A stretch of 64,000 nt of DNA, taken from positions 2,560 through 66,559 of the forward strand of contig JBIOIO010000004.1 in the NCBI GenBank assembly GCA_044449925.1. The letters are read 5' to 3'. Within the stretch, counting starts at the first letter, position 1, and each line of letters begins with the position of its first letter. Origin of the DNA: Candidatus Saccharimonadales bacterium. Lineage in GTDB: Bacteria; Patescibacteriota; Saccharimonadia; Saccharimonadales; UBA4665. The translations under genes and the position numbers were made by a program. Below, piece by piece: positions 60,798 to 64,000 of the stretch. The notes under the pieces were generated by a model. That model saw only the letters and a list, made by a program, of their open reading frames with translations. It had not been told where the DNA came from and searched no databases.

Positions 60798-62735
60798 ATG
60801 TACTATTACTTTGTTTGGGTTCGTAGCAATCGTTACCACGGCGATAGTGCTTTGACTTATAGTAGTACTGATAAATTGAGCGTCGGTTCTATAGTCAAAG
60901 TAGAGCTCCAAAAGCGACTGGTTCCGGGTGTCATATTTGGGTTAACTACAAAGCCTAGATTTAAGACAAAAGGAATTGAATATATATATAAACTAAATCC
61001 AATTCCAAAGCACCTAATACAGACAGCCACTTGGCTAATGGAATACTACCCTGCGCCCATTGGCATACTTACGCAACAACTTGTTCCGGCTGAATTATCG
61101 GATAAAGTTATGCAGGATTTAAAAAAGCATGAATACAAAAAATTAAATTTGGACAATTTACCTCCGCTTACTAGTGAACAGCAACAGGTATTGGATCAGA
61201 TGGATCGAAGAGACACATTTATCCTTCACGGTTCCACCGGCTCTGGTAAAACTCGTGTTTATATTGAAAAAACCATAGAGGCAATTCTTTCGGGTAAATC
61301 AGCAATTATTATGACGCCTGAAATTAGTCTTGTTACGCAATTATCCGATACCTTTAAAGCCGTTTTCGGGGATAGGGTCGTAGTTATGCATTCACAGCAG
61401 ACTCCATCTGAACGGCAAAGAGCCTGGCTAAGATGCCTTCAATCTACTCAGCCTGTAATTGTAATTGGTCCACGCTCTATTCTCTTTAGCCCTGTGAACA
61501 ATCTTGGTCTAATAGTTATGGATGAATCCCATGAAAATGCCTACAAACAAGAGCAGGCCCCTCAGTATCAAACTGGCCGAGTTGCATCATACATAGCAGG
61601 TGCTACTCACTCTAGCTTAATACTTGGTTCGGCAACCCCGTCAATAACAGATTATTACTTGGCTGAGCATAAAAACAAAACCGTTCTGCGTCTTTACAAA
61701 CTCGCTCAAAAAGAACTTGAAGCAAACATAAAGATTGACGTAATAGACAAGAAAGATCACGCCTTATTCGATAAATCACCGTATTTAAGTAAAGCCCTCA
61801 TCGCGGCCATCAAGCATGCATTATCTAAAAAAGAACAGACCCTTCTTTACCTTAATCGACGAGGTACTGCCCGAATAGTTCTTTGCGATAACTGCGGTTG
61901 GCAGGCCCTTTGTCCTCATTGTGATATACCACTTACCTATCACGGTGACTCTCACCTTCTGAGGTGTCATAGCTGCAACCACCAAGAACCGGTTCCAAGC
62001 AACTGCCCGGTCTGTAAACATCCACGGATTATATACAAAGCTGCGGGTACCAAAGCTATCGTAGAGGAAGTTCAAAAACTGTTTCCACACGCTAAGATAG
62101 CCCGTTTTGATACAGATAATCTCAAAGCTGAGAGATTTGAACAGCAATATTCCGAAGTTAAAGATGGAAATGTAGATATAATAGTTGGCACACAACTCTT
62201 AGCTAAAGGCCTTGATCTACCAAAACTAAGTACTTTAGGAATAGTTCTGGCCGATACCAGTCTCTACTTACCGGATTTTTCTGCTGAAGAGCGTACCTTT
62301 CAACTTATTGGACAGGTACTGGGCAGGATAGGAAGAGGTCACGTTCTTGGTCAAGCTATAATACAAACGTATAACCCAGATCATCCGGTTTTAGTTGATG
62401 CCATAGAGGGAAACTACAAGAGATTCTATGACAGAGAGCTGAATGAGCGAAAGCAATTTATGTTTCCTCCTTTCTGTTATCTGCTAAAGATTACTGTTCG
62501 CAGATCATCTATTAAATCAGTAGAAAAAACAGCCGAGCACATTAAAGAACTGATTGAAGGGACTTCCGTTAAAGCTCGAATCGAGGGTCCTACACCATCC
62601 TTTCATGAGCGTTTCCAGAATAAATATCAGTGGCAGCTGGTAATAAAAGCTAAGCAAAGGGATGAGCTGCTTAAAATTATTAGACTGCTTCCAGCAAATA
62701 TTTCTTACGATATCGATCCTATGGATCTTCTGTAA
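60798..62735 (+). CDS. priA: primosomal protein N' (replication restart helicase PriA)
   Basis: 645 aa. Walker A GSTGSGKT, DESHE box, and two CxxC pairs (CDNCG...CPHCD / CHSCN...CPVCK). Confidence 0.93.
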   Translation: MYYYFVWVRSNRYHGDSALTYSSTDKLSVGSIVKVELQKRLVPGVIFGLTTKPRFKTKGIEYIYKLNPIPKHLIQTATWLMEYYPAPIGILTQQLVPAELSDKVMQDLKKHEYKKLNLDNLPPLTSEQQQVLDQMDRRDTFILHGSTGSGKTRVYIEKTIEAILSGKSAIIMTPEISLVTQLSDTFKAVFGDRVVVMHSQQTPSERQRAWLRCLQSTQPVIVIGPRSILFSPVNNLGLIVMDESHENAYKQEQAPQYQTGRVASYIAGATHSSLILGSATPSITDYYLAEHKNKTVLRLYKLAQKELEANIKIDVIDKKDHALFDKSPYLSKALIAAIKHALSKKEQTLLYLNRRGTARIVLCDNCGWQALCPHCDIPLTYHGDSHLLRCHSCNHQEPVPSNCPVCKHPRIIYKAAGTKAIVEEVQKLFPHAKIARFDTDNLKAERFEQQYSEVKDGNVDIIVGTQLLAKGLDLPKLSTLGIVLADTSLYLPDFSAEERTFQLIGQVLGRIGRGHVLGQAIIQTYNPDHPVLVDAIEGNYKRFYDRELNERKQFMFPPFCYLLKITVRRSSIKSVEKTAEHIKELIEGTSVKARIEGPTPSFHERFQNKYQWQLVIKAKQRDELLKIIRLLPANISYDIDPMDLL

Positions 62736-62780
62736 ACACTCGCTGAGTAGGGGCTCATAAGGTATACTAACCATTGCATT

Positions 62781-63353
62781 ATGACCAAAGAAGACATAAT
62801 TAAACTACCCAATCCACATTTGCGCCTTAAGTCTCAGCGCGTGGGCGTGATTAGTGAAGATATTTTAAAAATAGTTGAGCAAATGGAAAGCGCTACCATA
62901 GACTGGGATCTAAGTCGCTCCCATGAAGTAGGTGTAGCCCTGGCTGCTGTTCAGATTGATAAGCTATACAAAATTATTGTTGTCCGAAGCGACTATAACG
63001 ATAAAGACAACCATGAGTTTACGGTTTTTATAAATCCAGAGATAGTCAAAACTGAGGGTGAAATTGTTGAAGATTTTGAGGGATGTTTAAGCGTACCAAG
63101 TATATATGGAAAGGTTCCCAGATATCCTAAGGTCCGTGTTAAGGCACTAAATCTCCAGGGAAAAGAATTCAGAGTAAAGGCCGAAGGATTTTTAGCTCGT
63201 ATATTCCAGCACGAAATTGATCACTGCAATGGATTGGTATTTATAGACCATATAAAAAATAACAAGGAAGCTTTTTACAAATTGGACGATAACGGAAAGC
63301 TACAGCCTCTAGATTATGAAAAAGATGTCAAAAACAATAGTATTCTTTGGTAG
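62781..63353 (+). CDS. def: peptide deformylase
   Basis: 190 aa. Motifs GVALAAVQI, EGCLSVP and QHEIDHCNG. Confidence 0.95.
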   Translation: MTKEDIIKLPNPHLRLKSQRVGVISEDILKIVEQMESATIDWDLSRSHEVGVALAAVQIDKLYKIIVVRSDYNDKDNHEFTVFINPEIVKTEGEIVEDFEGCLSVPSIYGKVPRYPKVRVKALNLQGKEFRVKAEGFLARIFQHEIDHCNGLVFIDHIKNNKEAFYKLDDNGKLQPLDYEKDVKNNSILW

Positions 63354-64000
63354 TGGACCCGTAGCAGCCAAATCCCTAAAGCTGCTCGCTTCAGATTTTG
63401 ATATCGAGGCAGTTGTTACTAAACCTCAGCCTTCTCACCATAAGGAAGCTTTTCCAGTTATTAGGGTTGCTGAGGAACTGAATTTGCAGATCTATACAGC
63501 AAATGACAGATCAGAACTCAGTGATGTTTTTAACTCCAATTCATTTGATAGTGAGCTAGGGGTCATAATTGATCATGGAATTATTATAAGCAAGGACGTC
63601 ATAGACAGATTTCCTCTTGGAATAATAAACAGCCATTTTTCCTTGCTGCCCAGGTGGCGTGGTCCGGACCCAATTAGTTTTGCAATTCTTCAAGGTGACG
63701 CAGAAACGGGTGTCAGTGTCATGCGTATTGTTGAAAAATTAGATGAGGGTGACCTTTTAATTCAACGTAAGCTTGCTATAGATCCAGACATAACAACACC
63801 GGAACTAACAGAGAAATTAATAGGGTTGAGCCACTCATTACTTATTGAGTCATTGCCCGCGTATGTCAACGGAGATCTAATGCCGTACTCACAACCCCAG
63901 TCACCTGCCACTTACTCTCATAAGCTATCCAAGCAAGATGGCATTATTGACTGGAATAAACCTGCAGAGACACTTGAACGAGAAGTCCGAGCATACTATG
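63316..64000 (+). CDS. fmt: methionyl-tRNA formyltransferase (partial; continues beyond window end)
   Basis: Hand translation: M(KKM)SKTIVFFGSGPVAAKSL...IINSHFSLLPRWRGPDPISFAILQGDAETGVSVM. The SLLPxxRG and HxSLLP motifs are present. The start is the ATG at 63316 or 63325. Overlaps the def 3' end. Confidence 0.9.
   Translation, partial: MKKMSKTIVFFGSGPVAAKSLKLLASDFDIEAVVTKPQPSHHKEAFPVIRVAEELNLQIYTANDRSELSDVFNSNSFDSELGVIIDHGIIISKDVIDRFPLGIINSHFSLLPRWRGPDPISFAILQGDAETGVSVMRIVEKLDEGDLLIQRKLAIDPDITTPELTEKLIGLSHSLLIESLPAYVNGDLMPYSQPQSPATYSHKLSKQDGIIDWNKPAETLEREVRAYY

Noticed and set aside
1-64000. Search for tRNA, rRNA, CRISPR arrays, transposases and integrases.
   Set aside because: All spacers of 100 bp or more were read on both strands. 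I found no cloverleaf or T-loop (GGTTCGAATCC-like) signatures, no regularly spaced direct repeats, and no recombinase-like ORFs. A formal tRNAscan-SE, Infernal or CRISPR-finder run would be needed to be definitive.

Overview
The window is a very gene-dense stretch of chromosome, more than 90% coding, with about 66 CDS, roughly 55 of them on the minus strand. Many adjacent genes have 1-4 nt start/stop overlaps. I recognised no rRNA, tRNA, CRISPR array, transposase or integrase. The content is almost entirely housekeeping:
- **Aminoacyl-tRNA synthetases:** glyQS, serS, class I lysK, a short proS, and ileS.
- **Translation factors and ribosomal proteins:** prfA plus prmC, prfB, frr, tsf, rpsB, rpsU, rplU, rpmA, rpmE, hpf, def, fmt, map.
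- **Division and envelope:** ftsA-ftsZ; ftsE-ftsX followed by a coiled-coil CHAP hydrolase and a Ctp protease; an LCP ligase; an L,D-transpeptidase; lepB; rseP; htrA.
- **DNA metabolism:** recO, xseAB, priA, a partial Pif1-like helicase, parA/parB, and nrdR with class II nrdJ.
- **Other:** secA, pyrG, adk, greA, msrA.

The gene content (Gram-positive-type envelope genes, class I LysRS, almost no biosynthesis, extreme compaction) is most consistent with a streamlined CPR/Patescibacteria organism, Saccharibacteria-like. That is inference only. Both RF1 and RF2 are present and TGA is used as a stop codon, so the standard code applies.

Items worth a second look:
1. The only sizeable gene-poor, AT-rich island (46.76-47.83 kb, between parA and rplU). 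It hides three tightly coupled small ORFs, two of them below the ORF-track cutoff. It also carries an antisense-oriented terminator-like hairpin and short repeats.
2. A translationally coupled histidine-kinase-like/receiver-like pair in which both phospho-sites (His and Asp) are replaced by Glu.
3. A probable Ile-specific T-box leader upstream of ileS.
4. A 150-bp inverted-repeat-bounded, palindrome-rich element in the ftsA-ftsZ spacer.
5. An orphan ProB-like kinase next to proS.
6. A cysteine-less thioredoxin-fold gene downstream of nrdJ.
7. Four of the six convergent gene pairs share overlapping stop codons.
8. parB and parA are arranged tail-to-tail.

All calls come from reading the sequence and from motif recognition. 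No database search was run.
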